Source: Hyphochytrium catenoides
Taxonomy: Eukaryota; Protista; Hyphochytriomycota
Assembly (NCBI GenBank): GCA_900088475.1
Contig: FLMG01003914.1
Location: 57,025 to 121,024, forward strand
Length of the DNA stretch: 64,000 nucleotides
Direction: 5' to 3'
The notes under the pieces were generated by a model. It was not told the DNA's origin. It saw only the letters and a program-made list of their open reading frames with translations, and searched no databases. Both the position numbers and the translations under genes were made by a program. Each line of letters opens with the position of its first letter. Positions within the stretch are counted from its first letter, which is position 1. This document shows positions 12,301 to 25,093 of the stretch, one piece after another.

Positions 12301-14659
12301 AGCTGTGACTAATTGCTCTGTTTCCCTGGCCTTGCACAACTCGGCTGTGTTATTAACTCCCGTATCTCACTTCCCGCTGGGTCGGCGATTGCCCATAGTC
12401 TGGATTCGCTGACAATATGGGAAGCGCAGTTCGGAGACTTTGCTAATGGCGCGCAGATTGTGATTGACACGTTCCTCGTCTCTGGGGAGCAGAAGTGGCT
12501 CAAACAGAGTAATCTGGTGAGCTTTGGGAAGGTTGACTTAGAAGTTACCTAGGGTAGACAAAGCAGACAGAATATTACGGCTTTAGTAGAGGTTGCGGCA
12601 GCAAGTGATGTTCCATTGGTCCTGTCGTCCCTTAAGCTCATTATCACTCCTTTTCGTCTTTGTTCAACCCTCGTCCACTCAGGTATTGCTATTGCCTCAC
12701 GGTTATGAAGGGCAAGGACCAGACCATAGTAGCGCGAGAATAGAAAGGTTTCTTCAGATGTGCAACGATCCTGAGACGAAGACGAAAGAGTGGTATGTCG
12801 TGCTCACTGACCCTCCGCTTAGTCTACTCTGCTCAGCCCCAAGCGGCCTTACTGGTATCACAGCCCTCCTCGAGTACCGGCGCTTGTTATCGCTAACCGA
12901 CGTGTCTTTGCTGATTCCGTCTTGCTCTTAGGGAACAAGCATGTAAAGAAGTCAATATCCATGTAGTGCAATGCACGACTCCCGCCCAGTATTTTCATCT
13001 CCTCCGCCTGCACATGAAAAGGGAGTAAGGATTGACACCATCCTCTTCTTTTGCTCTTGGCCAAGTTTCAACTCTCCCACACCTCTTCTTTCGTATTCTT
13101 TATGTCTTTATGCAACCCGTGGACCAAGCAAAACAGTCATTTATTTCCCCGAGGCTTTCTTCCTTCTCTCTGTCTGTTGCGCCCCTTGTTCAACAGGAAC
13201 TTTTTGTATTGTTCACTGGGCGCTCTGCGTGCGATTTACCTTACGTTTCCACCTCCTGCCTTCCGACCCATCCTTCAGCTTCAAGAAGCCCCTTATAATT
13301 TTCTCCCCAAAGTATCTGCTGCATCACCGGCCCTGCCATTCCGATTTAGTTGATCTGTGCCCGGAAAATTGTAAGCGTTTCCTCTGGATCTCCTCTGTCA
13401 TTCTCCCAGCGTCTTCACTTCCTCCCTACTCGTGAGGAAGCTTGGTTAATGCCTCCTGCCAGCAAGTTTCTTGCAGAGAAGTATAGCTTTTATGCCTGTT
13501 ATTTCTTGTGAGCTTTGATGTCAGTCCTATGTCTTAAAAAATTCTTTTCCCTCTGTCCCCTTCCCGTCTTGCTTCACTCCTTGGCAGTCTTCCATCCTGT
13601 GCTCCCTGTCCATCCAGAAGACCAGAAAGCTCTTAAGGAGCCGAAGGAGGTAAGGCTATCTATGGAATGGTCCATTCTCTAAGGCTCTGGGTACATTTTA
13701 GGAAAACGCTCACCCTGCTAAGCGCTACAATTTACGTCTGCGTCTGCTATCGTTCTGTGGCTCCTTCTTGGTTTCCACGCTTCGTATGGCGTCGTTGACC
13801 GCTTTTCTGGCTTTTGACTTGATTCTCTCGGTAACCCCTTGCAGTTCGAGAGCCATCCGTAACCTAGACATGAGTTTTACTGGCTGGCCTTTTTTCAACT
13901 CGTCTAAGCAGCTTGTTGTCCCAACTTCTTCTGTTCTGGCACTATCCCATAAGGAAATAAATCTCCTTCGTGCTCTTTCTTACATGTGTGCTTACTGCTT
14001 TGGCTGGCACAGATTCGGCGACTCATTCTATGCTCGGGTAAAGTCTACTGGCACTATATTCACGCTGCAAGGACAAGGAATGTGAGGGATATCGCGACGG
14101 CCAGAATAGAGCAGGTAGGCTTTGGAATAGACAGAGAAGGTTCACTGATGAGTGGCCGCTAACCTGGTCATTTCTTCCTTTTGCTCATGGAAGCTCTCGC
14201 CATTCCCTTACGACGAAGTGAAGGAGATGATAGGGAAGTATCCTAAGGCTGAGATCGTATGGCTACAGGTAAAAGCTCTATTTCGATGTCCTTTCTCTTC
14301 TACAACGTCTTCTACTGATCCCTCTTCTTCCTGACCGTAGGAGGAGCCAAGGAATATGGGTCCCTGGTCCTTCGTGGCGCCAAGAATTGAAGCGATTAGA
14401 AGAGACCTCGGGCATGTAAGACTGAAGTACCTCCTCTTCAGGGTGATTATCACCTAGCTAACGCTTGGCATCTATCTAACTTCAACGCGATTCCCTCTCC
14501 CTCCTTGCTACCGTGCTCTTTGTACTGCTCGATTACCCTCGCCAGACCGACGTAAACCTTCGGTACATTGGCCGGCCTTCTTCTGCATCACCAGCCACGG
14601 CATCATTCGAACTCCATCAGCAAGAAATGAGAGACATTATCACTGAGGCAGTGGAGTGA
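6342..14659 (+). CDS. 2-oxoglutarate dehydrogenase E1-family protein (atypical), ~28 exons, Arg-rich mitochondrial-type presequence
   Basis: Exons join in frame at GT-AG introns and give [62 protein letters not shown]...[105 protein letters not shown]; stop TGA 14657-14659. Confidence 0.95.
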
Positions 14660-15613
14660 GCCGTTGTCTGCCTTGCGTCTCTATCTTCCTTGCCGTCACC
14701 GCTCTGCCTAACGGCGTGACCTCCCCAAGACCGAGTATGAAGAGAGGGACAATTGACCGCCTTTCCTTTTTATCGTCTGCCAAGACATAGACGAGGAAGC
14801 GGATGTATTTATTTCGTTGTTATGTTGCACATACTTTATGGCAGACCTCGTGTCTTTGCTCTCCTGGCTCCGGGATGGCTGCATCTTCCGCCATTACTTT
14901 GTCTGTCTCTGGAGTTTTCCATTTGTGTCCCATAGTCCGAGGTGTTGAAGTCAAGCTACAAGCTTCTCGGAGAAAGCCTGTCCTATCTATCCTTGTAGGG
15001 GGTGACATCTCCTCGGTCGGAAGAGCTTGAGCAGGCATACTCCCCTAATACTATATGATGATGTGATCGAATCGAAAACGGTGAAGGCAGTGCGTGCCAT
15101 GTAGGTCGTAGACGTATCTCCTCCTTCGAGTCATTAGACATAGTGAATTTAACCTTATGCGAGACACAGACAGAAGGAGGCATGCCGCGCCTACGGTAGT
15201 TAATCAACGACGATGTCTGTGAGTAACCTCTCTGGCCTCCCTCAGCTCGAGAAATAGTTAGCGGCGTTTATGTGAGAGCACTAGTCCTATCGACGAGCAG
15301 CAACAAAAGTACCTGGCAAGGGCCAAGAGACAGAGGCAGCTACTCATTCTATGACGGCGTAAGAGAAAGAGAAGAGAGAGACGAGGAGATCCTTTTCCAG
15401 GTCAGTGAGTGCAACCTGCGACCTGCGACCTTTCCCTTGGTTAAGTGTGGAAGCCTGCCAGGCCCAGATCGTTCCGAATAGGAGGAAAGCGTATCAGCTA
15501 TATATAGCGCTTTCATAAGGTTATTCCTGATAATTAGATATGTCTACCTTGGGGCGTTTCAGTCTTGGCCCTCATCATCCCCTCCTGAAGCCCTTTCTGT
15601 CTCAGACCTCAAA

Positions 15614-15648
15614 NNNNNNNNNNNNNNNNNNNNNNNNNNNNNNNNNNN
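15614..15648. other. Assembly gap (N run)
   Basis: Run of N. Confidence 1.
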
Positions 15649-16072
15649 CTGCTTCCCCCTCCATGACCGCTTTTTCCTGCTGTTCTCATCACGTCGCTTC
15701 CCCCATGCTTCCTGCGCGTCACCCCAGTAGTCAAAAAAGTATCATGAAGAGAGAAATGATGCTGGTGACTCTTCTGTCAGTCGAGGCGTAGACCACTTCC
15801 TTCCTGCCTTTGCAGTCTTCCGCTGGACTCGCTGTCCCCAATACCTCCGTCATAGTGTTGACTCTCTACTTTCTCTCCCCTCCCTCTCTCTCTCTAATTT
15901 GTCCGTCGTGGTCGCTTGCTCATCATTTAGTTCCTGAGCAAGTTCTGACTACTAACTGCTCTTTCGCTTGGATGGCGCCTTGTGCTCTCTCTTCTCGTTG
16001 TTCTCTCCTCCTTCCAGCTTGACGCCTCCTGGCTGTCTCTGACCCAGCTGTGCACTCTCTCCTTCCCTGATA

Positions 16073-17918
16073 ATGTGGAAAAGCCGGCAGAAGGGACAGC
16101 GGAGAAACCTTCGCTCCGCTCTGGCTGATCTGCAGAGCGGGCTGGATGATGGGCCTCTGATAGTTGTAGAAGGGAAGATAAAGGCCAGAGGACAAGAGGA
16201 GGAGAAGAAGAGGAAGAAGTCCTCTTTGCTTCCCTCTTCTCCCTTCATCACCTCTTTGCTTCCCTCTATTCTTTCTTCCTCTTCTCCGGCATCTCTCCCT
16301 CCGCCATCTGTCTCGCCTGAGAGAGCTCTTGTGTCTCAAGAATCAGTAAGAAGTGCCATCGGCGTCGCGAGACAGAAGAAGAAGAAGAAAGACGGATTTG
16401 GGAAAAGCGGTGTGAGAGGAGAGAGAGAGGATTCCTCCTCACGTACTACGGAGGGAGAGGAAGACGAAGGACACGACGATGAGGGAGAAGAAGGAGATGA
16501 AGAGAGCAGATCATCAAGGCGGCACCTGGTTCCTAGAGCTATCAGGGAGAAGGCTGAAATGCCTGTTGTCAAAGCTTTCAAGAAGAAGGCATGACTCTCT
16601 TCCTCTCCTCCCGCTTCTCCCTCTCCTCTTCCAGTTTACCTACACTCAATTACGTGGTTTTCGATGTCTCTTTCTTTGCCGGCTACGACCGGGTCGAATG
16701 CGGGTTCTTCCCTCTCTCTCTTCTCTTTCTCTCTTTCTCTCTTTCTCTCTCCCCTTTTCTCCCTTTTCTCCATCCAGAATGCTGCCTTGAAGTCTTGATC
16801 TCTTCTTCTCTTCTTCTACAAGCTCTGCTGCTCAGAGAAATGAGCGATCAACCGCCTATTCCGTGGAGTGCTATATTAAACGTTCTAAAGAAACCTCTTT
16901 GTCCTGGTTGTTACTCCAGGATCTGAGAGGAGGCAAGATCGCTCTGACGAGGATCACTCAGGTAAGACGTGGAAAGAGAAAGGGGTCTCATCTTTAGAAA
17001 GGAATAGAACACGCTCAAAGAGAGAATTAGGAAGAGAGGAGGGGAAGGACATGGACGGAGGCTAACGAAAACGTGGGAGAGAAGAGAGTGAGAAGCAAGA
17101 GAGCGCGGGAGAGAGAAGAGGAGGAGGAGCGAGAAAGAGAGAGAGCGGAGGGGAAGAGTGAGTGAGAGCGCGAGCGTGAGTGAGAGGGCAGAGGGAAAGA
17201 GAGACAGAAATCGAGAGAGATTTGAAGGCATTTTGGTAAGGAAAAAATAACGCGGGAGACAAAGTGAGCAGAGGATTCTACCAGCGTCCTTACTTCTGAG
17301 GTTATATATCAAAGCTAGTACAATGGACGACTATGCTACGCTATCATGCTGCATATCCGCTATAGTATCTCTGCCTCATGCCCCCTCGCCCCTGGTTTGT
17401 CTCTTCCTGCCGAGCAGATTATGGGAAGACGCGTGAGGCTCCTGGACCCAATTGAAGAGGAGAAACAGCTGAGAATGGAGTTGGAACAGGTGTTGCCCCC
17501 CGCTGTACATTTGTCGTCCCTCTCTCCTACTATCTCATTGCATAACCAGCTTCAGTCATTGACTTTCTCCCTCTATCCCTCTCTCTTCCTCGCTAATGAA
17601 GTACATGGATGGGTAGTGTCGTCTCTCTTTCTCTCTTCAAGTCTCGGTGTCTTCCGTAGCCTCCACTATTGAACCAGACAGTCAAGTATAGTCACAGAAC
17701 CCTGTTCTTCTTCAGACTGATTCTCTTTCTTCTTTCTCTCTCCCCAGGCGCCCTCAGCCTCACCCTCATATCCTGTAGACCCTGATGCTTGGAAGGCAGA
17801 GGCCCGGGCGGCAATGCGTTTGGTACAGCTCCTAACTCTTCAGGGTAGAGAGGAAGAGGCGGATGGGATGAGACTTCGATATGCGAATCTATGCAGACAA
17901 GCCACCCGTGACGCTTGA
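16073..17918 (+). CDS. Uncharacterised multi-exon protein (K/E/S-rich N-half, helical C-terminus); 5' end uncertain
   Basis: The 173-codon ORF is followed by exons bounded by splice sites (~16836-16961 RNERSTAYSVECYIKRS...RITQ; ~17418-17489 IMGRRVRLLDPIEEEKQLRMELEQ; ~17748-17918 ...AWKAEARAAMRLVQLLTLQGREEEADGMRLRY...) separated by CT/GA-rich introns. No family recognised. Confidence 0.55.
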
Positions 17919-18117
17919 CAGTATGGTCTCCGTCGATTCCCGGTCGTCTGTCCCCTTCTCCACGACCGGAAATTGCTTTGATTCCCTATTGCGTCCACCG
18001 TCAACACGCACTTCGAGAATAGTTAGCCCCTCATTTCTCTGTCGTGGGACATAGGGCCTAACAGCCCCCATAAAAATATTTAGGGTTATGTTTATCCATC
18101 TGTGCCATAGCCTTCCT

Positions 18118-21100
18118 CTAGGCCACAGAGTGCGCCGGCGGAGAGGAAGATGAAGAGTTCTGCTCTTTAAAGAGAAGCAGAAGTGTACGAAGTCTCTCTT
18201 CCAGAGCTTCATCGAGTTGCCCAGTGGAGTCTATCACCTCCAAGACCTGTGGAGCGTGCTCGGCAATGTACCAGAGAAAGCCCTCTGCCGCTGAGGAAGG
18301 AGGAAGAGGGAGGCTACTTTCCTCTCCTGGGCTGTCTGCTATTGCCTCTAACTCATCCAAGAGCCCTGCCTCTGCGGCATACAGAGCGATGACCTCTTCC
18401 GATAGCTTCATTGCCTTATCTGGAGATTGCTGCAAGACTAAATAGCAAGGGTTAGACCCCTAACTCACAATACACGTAGGACCAGAGTTTTGAAAAGCGA
18501 GCGGAGGAAGCCAGCAGCTCTGAGTGGACTGGGAGAAGTTAAATCGCCCCAGAGAAAGAAGCGTAGGGCACGCCAAAAGCTTATCTAGCAGTATCGAGGC
18601 ATTATGGCTCCAATTTTCAGACAGACAAAGTAACCATGGGACCCATGTAAAATGAACGTTGGCCTTAAGGCTAAAATAGACAAAAGAAGCAGATACATAA
18701 GCTGCTAGCCACTTGGGAAGACAAGCGATATTTCTCTCCCGCGCTTCATGGTTTTGCTCAGATTCTCTCCACTTACCCATTTGCAATGCCCTAGACCGCC
18801 TATTCAGCCTCTTCCGAGCAGCGGTGTGATCCTTAAGCAGAAGGTCGCGAGCCGTTACAAGTTCCAGACGGAGCCCTCGAGCAACCTCCTGCAAAGCCGG
18901 TGGAGAGGGAAGTACGCCGTGCGCGCCAGCTCCGACCCTGCTGCATGATGACTTGGGATCTAGAGCTGGGCTATAGACAGAGCAGATTAGCCGACAGAAT
19001 AAGCCTGAGCTGTGCGGTGGTCCTAACAGGCAAAGTGGCTGGCTGGAAATCGAATATCGCAAACCTAAACGTTTGGATAGACAGAAAGAAAGGAAGAAAC
19101 GGCACTACCACGGCAGTACCTAAATCAGCATTAGCGCTGGGTACTACAACCGTCAGAGGCGTGAAGGCCGACTGAAGATGAGGGCCGAACTGAGATGGAC
19201 AACACACAAAAGAAGTGTTGCCTGACAGTAGGAAAGCATACAAAAAGAATGTCGTGGCCTAAACAGGCTCTATCTTCCAGGCGGGTTATCTTACCGATAC
19301 CCACGGTCGAAAAGCTGCTGGGAGAGAACTAGATGAGCATCGGAGATAGAGATCAGCTCCTCCACATAGCGACTTAGGGGCTGACTGCGAGCTGCTCGGA
19401 GGGCAGAATTCTCTGGGAGCTTCATCTTTAGTTTGAGGAGGACCTGAAGGGAGGAAGAAGAGACCAGTCCAGTAATAGCAAGAAAGGGCAATGGGGCCAG
19501 TTCTTAGAGGGTCTGCAGGTCCAAATTCTAACTTCACTCTCGCGCGACCACCACCAGGTCCTTCTTACTTCTACCTTTCTCTCCCCCATTAATTTCCTCG
19601 TAGCAGTAAATTCTCGCTGTGCTTTACGTCTTCATTAGCCTCTTCACTTACCTCGTCAGTGATCTCGACGCCTCGTACAAACAGTCGTCTAACGCGCTCT
19701 CTCTCTGACTCAGTGTACTGTTCTTCATAAAAGTCCTTCATATGGTAGAACTTCTTCTTCTCCTGCCCCTGAGTCCTCTCTGCCTTCTCCCCTCTCTCAT
19801 CCCCCCTGTAGTCAGAGACAGCCATCAAAGTAACTGTACCCCCTCCTTTCACTTCCTTAAGCTTCGCTGCCCTCTGTATGAGATTCGAGTAAAAACCCCG
19901 GACCTGGCCCCAGGTAGAGGCCGCCCATCCTCCCTCAGTATGAGATGAAGAAAGAGAGCTGACCCCTTCCCAAAGTCGCCGATATGGAGAGAGATCGTCC
20001 AGTACCAGGAATGCGTTCTTCTTTCGTGACGCCAGGGCCTACCCAGGGGCAAGTTGTAAGTGGAATATGGGTCAAGACCAGAATGGAAGCAGTATTCACC
20101 GAAGCCACGCCACGTTTTAGTAAGCATGATAATAAGTAGCGTCGCAGCAGAGCAAGACCGACCCTTACAAAGCCACATGTAAGGAGTCTAAGAGGGCAGG
20201 TATGTCTTTTACCTCGGCTAAAGTGCAAGCCACAGACGCGGAAAGGACACCGTCAGAAGCTGACGAGGCACCAGCCGCATTGTCCCTAGTAGGCGCTACT
20301 ATGGTCGTATAGTCCAAAATGTCAAGTTCTTGCATCCGCTCCACAAGAGTTGAGGGCGGAGCGTGGGGAAGAGCGTAAAAGCAGGAGACATCTCTATGCT
20401 TCTGTGCCAGCAGGGTCTGCAGAGCGATCGTTGTCTTTCCACATGATTCTGGACCTAGGAGAAGCAGTGGCAAGAGCAAAGAGAACGATTGAGGTGGCTG
20501 AGGTGAAATAGTAGCATGCTACATGGTAGAACAAGTAAAGGGTAACGTCCTGGTAGTAGTGGAGGGATTGTAAGGAGTCATAGAGATTCTGCATCAGTCC
20601 AATGTCTACCACCCTCTAGTAAGGAAGAAAGCGGTGTAAGAGGCCCAAAGCTGTGGCGGCACCGCAGTGAATAAAAGACTTATCCACCCGTGCTGCTGTT
20701 GGTAGAGCCACGTCAGCATGGGGAAAGGTGAATCATAAGAACTGGACGGGTGAGATACTTAGACGAGGAAAGGTAGGTTGCCCGACGCTGAAGTACCTGC
20801 TAGAAGGCAGCTTTGTCCTCTGCCAAGCGAAGTGAGGGCGTCTATGGCCGTGACACCTGTATGGAACGGCTCACAGATGCGATCGCGGTCCCACTGCGCT
20901 GGAGGAAATCTGAACACTCGCGGATGGTCGCTATCGAATTTCGCTTGTTCTTCTTTGAGGTCTTTTTCTAACTGTAGTTGCTCTTCTAGTGACAGCAGGA
21001 GGTCTTGAGCCTCTAGAACGGGACCAGACCCGGCAGGAATGGCGGTTTGTCGCAAGCGGCAATCTGCTGTGTATATTGAGACATCGCTGCCCAGTAAGCG

Positions 21101-21582
21101 TGAAAGAGCTCTTCACATTGCCAAGAACCGCGATTAGTCAGCGGCTATCTTCCTGACTCGTTCAAGTACATACCTGTATGAGGATGGTTGCTCGGCGTCG
21201 CTGAAGACCTTTGCAAGGTAAAGATGACCTCGTTGGTACAAAATGACGCCGTTCATAGACTCTCCAAAGCTAACCCAGCGGCCAGGATGACCCTCAATTC
21301 CTCCTCGGCCACCATCTATCACAGCCACGTCCTCAAAAAATGCCACCGTCTGGCCAAAGGCGCTCTGCGGCAAGGGCGATACAAGGCATTAACCAACCAA
21401 TGAGCAGTCACTCTTTGTTGGCGTCTGTGCATAACGATAAGCGGACGAACCTTTGCAGACCCGGCAGACGACGAAAAGTCATTGCCATATCTTGATAGAG
21501 AGAGAGGAACAGTGGCCTTAACAGTTCGTGGCACGGTTCCCCTACTCGCACCACTTCGAAGAGCTCGTAAGCTGGCCCACAT
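18118..21582 (-). CDS. Highly divergent F1-ATP synthase alpha-subunit-like protein, 8 exons, with mitochondrial-type presequence
   Basis: Alpha-family landmarks appear in order: RDRICEPFHTGVTAIDALTSLGRGQSCLLA-GPESCGKT (P-loop), FLVLDDLS (Walker B), FYSNLIQRAAKLKEVKGGGTVTL, ELISISDAHLVLSQQLFDRGYRPALDPKSSCSRVG, ALQEVARGLRLEL, LQQ...EEVIALYA. The N-terminus MWASLRALRSGASRG is Arg/Ser-rich with no acidic residues. Confidence 0.88.
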
Positions 21583-21899
21583 TCCTCAGGCCCACTTCAC
21601 CCAGCTGCACCAGGGTCGACTGCTGACGGTCCTAACAAGCTAGCAATTCCTATATTCAAACCTTGAAGCTTCCGTCGTAGCGCCTGGTCCAGGAGACATT
21701 GGCTCTGCAGACGGAGGCATTGCACTGCCAAGTGAGGCGCTGATGGAGCTGCAGATGAGTCTCTAGAAAGCTCCCCACCAAACCCGAAAGCCGATGAGAA
21801 CCATCTCAAGAGCCGCTAACGCTACTTTAAATGGACTATTATTTCCTACTCGCCACCAGGGCGATTCATTTTTACAACACCTAATCTTTTGAGCACCTC

Positions 21900-24800
21900 G
21901 AGCGTTTCTCATTGTTATTTATAAGGGGTTTAGACGTCTATTAGGTCCAAGCCGTGGCCCTCTAATAGTTCTGTGACCACCTCATCAATGATGATTGCCA
22001 TAGAAGTAAGGAGTGGAAGGCAGGAAGACCAGTAGAGGTCTGACTCCTTCAGACGCAGGATCGGTTTCTAACCAGTGGCATTCTTTCTTATACAAAAAGC
22101 TATCTTCCCGGCCGCTGGTCGATGTTATGAAGCTTCCGCGCCCGATGACGAGATCGTGATCCAAAAGCTCTAGAATTACCCTGAGCACACAGCTGTGAAG
22201 AGACACATCCACACTGAGGGCTTCGGGAACTATTTTGTTAGGGCATCGTACACACAGAGCAGGAGCGAGTCTGGAGTTCTTCTGCCAGGAAAGATACGAG
22301 TAAAGATGACTCTGTGATGAAGTAAGGTGCTGCTGCATTGACTTACAAGAAGATAAGTATTTATTATGCATTGAAAGGCTAGTTGTGCTCCTCTCTATAC
22401 ATACAAGTCAACATCATAATAGGCGACAGAGCAAGTATTTGCGAGTGCACAATTTCCCGCCTTCAGTCTGTTTTTTGAGGGCTTGTTGCTTGTTGCTGAT
22501 CTAAATGGTTTGCAAAAGAAACAGCAAGAAAAGCGAGAATTAGAACAACAGAATGACTGTGATGAGATGGTGGTGGCGCCGGCAACATTAGAAAGAGAGC
22601 TCAAATTGCTCTACAAATCTTTCTACTATGTAACAACACGGTCCTGCAAACACCACCAATTGTAACCATGTAAAAATGATGGGATGCACAAACTTTGTTG
22701 GACCAATCAACAAGTGACACCACCACCCACACGCCAGGGACGGCCTCCATTTCCTTTTCTTCTGTCTAGAACTAGAGCTCATCAGAAAGATTATGCCAAA
22801 CTGAAAGACGTCTGGCGAAGCTTCATGGCGACTCAGTATTCGCCGTTGCCCCCTCTAAAGAAAATATCGATGTTTGTATACCCAAACAATTATGAACAGC
22901 AGCAGCATGAGCTACGAAGATGATGAATCTGCGATGAATGGTGGGCACTAAGCAGGAGTAGCAGCAGCGTCTCTTCTCATAAATTAGTAGGAGAGTCAAC
23001 AGAAAAGTGCGTTATATAATATATAGTGGCGATGGAGCTCGATGGTGGCTAATAATGTAATGGTGACTTCCTTTTTAAAGAACGATGTCACCACCTACTA
23101 GTAGCTCTTCTTGTTTGTATAATAATAGAGTCTACTGTTCTAAGAAGCTCATTGATGAAAGGACCAAACAGGCATCATCTAGGTATAGATAACTATCTCC
23201 CAAGGGGACGCAGCAATCTGGAGCCAATAATAAAAGGTCGTGGAGCATTGTATATACACCAGAATAACTCCGGAAGATACTGTAGGATTCCGGGCTACCT
23301 TTTAAAATTTCAAGGAGCTTGTTGGGCGTGATTCGCAGCTTCCATACCACATCACCGAGGAGCCAGTGCTGGTGGAGCTCTGCTTGTTCTCAGAAGAGTC
23401 GCGCTTGTACGAGTGGTGTGTCGCGTCAGGTAGCTGATGCCCCCGCCATATCATGATGCTTGTATCAATTCAGGCCTCGTACCCTTAAGTAGAACATAGC
23501 AGCTCATTTCCTGTTGTGGAGCAAGGCAGACTTTGAAGCGCGGACCCATTCAATCTGACGAGCTTGGTGCTGAAGGTGCGAGGAGGTACCAGGACAAACT
23601 AACCATCCTAACTCTTGGTGTACCAAGCAATACTACCTGATCATTTATTGTCGACTGCCAATCGATGACCAGGACGACCCACCCAGAGCAATCTGAGCAA
23701 CCACCACGCGAAGTCTACTCACATTACAGAAGAGGAATCCTCAGCAGGAGTCAGACCACCAGTGCAAGCGGGCATTGGAGAACCAGCAGCAGTGCTGCAG
23801 TGCAATAAAGAAGAGTCTTTCTGCTGCTACTAAAAGAGGAGAGTAGTGTTGTTCAGCTACAGGAGGGGAGGGGCTCCATGAGGTTCAAGCTCTTTTTTGA
23901 GTGGGGAGAAAGAGCTCCCCTTCTCTTCCTTGCGCTGACCGTAACCACCGTCTTCGGTGGCACATCACGCATCTAACGGAGGCTCTCCCATCAGACATAG
24001 AAGAAGAGTGTAATAACAACTGGACGACCGACGAACGGACGAGGAGGGGCACCTAAAGATGATCAATCCAGATTTTTAATCATCTATAGACATAACTCTT
24101 CTTTTTTTCTTCATAATGAGCCTCCGTCAGTATCTCATCAAGAAAAAAATCATTATTACGTTTGTGAGGCAGCGGACGTTGATGCTGATGCTGAAGTCAA
24201 GTGGAGCGCTAAGAAAGGGTGAATCGACGACAGCTCAGGGCACCACCATCTAGCTTCTGTGGAGTCCAAGAGGTGTGAACAACACTCCTCCTACGATTAT
24301 AATACCGTGTTGGAAGCACTGCATACAAAGGAGGGCTAGTTGTCACAAATAGTATCCTCTTCTTCTGGTTATATTCCCGATATATGTTGCCGTTGGCGTA
24401 CTGGATCAGCGTCTCTTGGACCTGTCATGTGCTTTTGTAACGCTCTTTGTCCCAGCTGAAGTGACTAAGATGAGGTGTGCCTAATGTTATACCCCTTATT
24501 TTTCTTTTTTAAACGAATCCATTGGAGTCTTATTGAACGTTTGCTGTCCTTGTCCAGCCAAACTACGGTGTAGAAAACAATTGTCCTTGTCATCCGCTCC
24601 TCCTCCTTCTGGACCGGGCGAACCGTCGTTGTGAGGGTTTATGAAAGGGCAGCCCACTCTGTGTGTGAAGGTTTATGAAAGGGAGGGAGGGAGGAGGGCT
24701 ACTGAGAATGGGGAATGGGAGCCTTTCTGCTTACTTCTCGCATCCAACAACCAAACAACGCTGCATCATAAGAAGGCCTAAGACCACGGAGGACTACTAG
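21900..24800. other. Gene-free island of short stop-interrupted ORFs, possibly a decayed gene or mobile element
   Basis: About 3 kb with no spliceable gene model. It has more AT-rich patches and lacks the long CT/GA tracts typical of local introns. No family recognised. Confidence 0.35.
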
Positions 24801-25093
24801 AAAGACCAATGACTGACTCTCAACGTCTGGTGGCATGATGAGGCTAGCTACTATCATCATCTACTCGTCGTAGCATCGGATGATGAAGCACCAACGCCGG
24901 CCCTGAAGCCTCGTCTTCTTTCCAAGTGAAGTTTTGGACAAGCTCTTTAGTTTGGATATCTCAACCGAGCTGTGGAACCAGTTACCTGCTTTGTACGATA
25001 TCCATCGCGCATTATATATTTAATAGAACTAGTGACAGGTCGAAGTACGCAGCAGCCGCAGGCTCCATCGCGTTAGATGATAAACAGTCTAGA

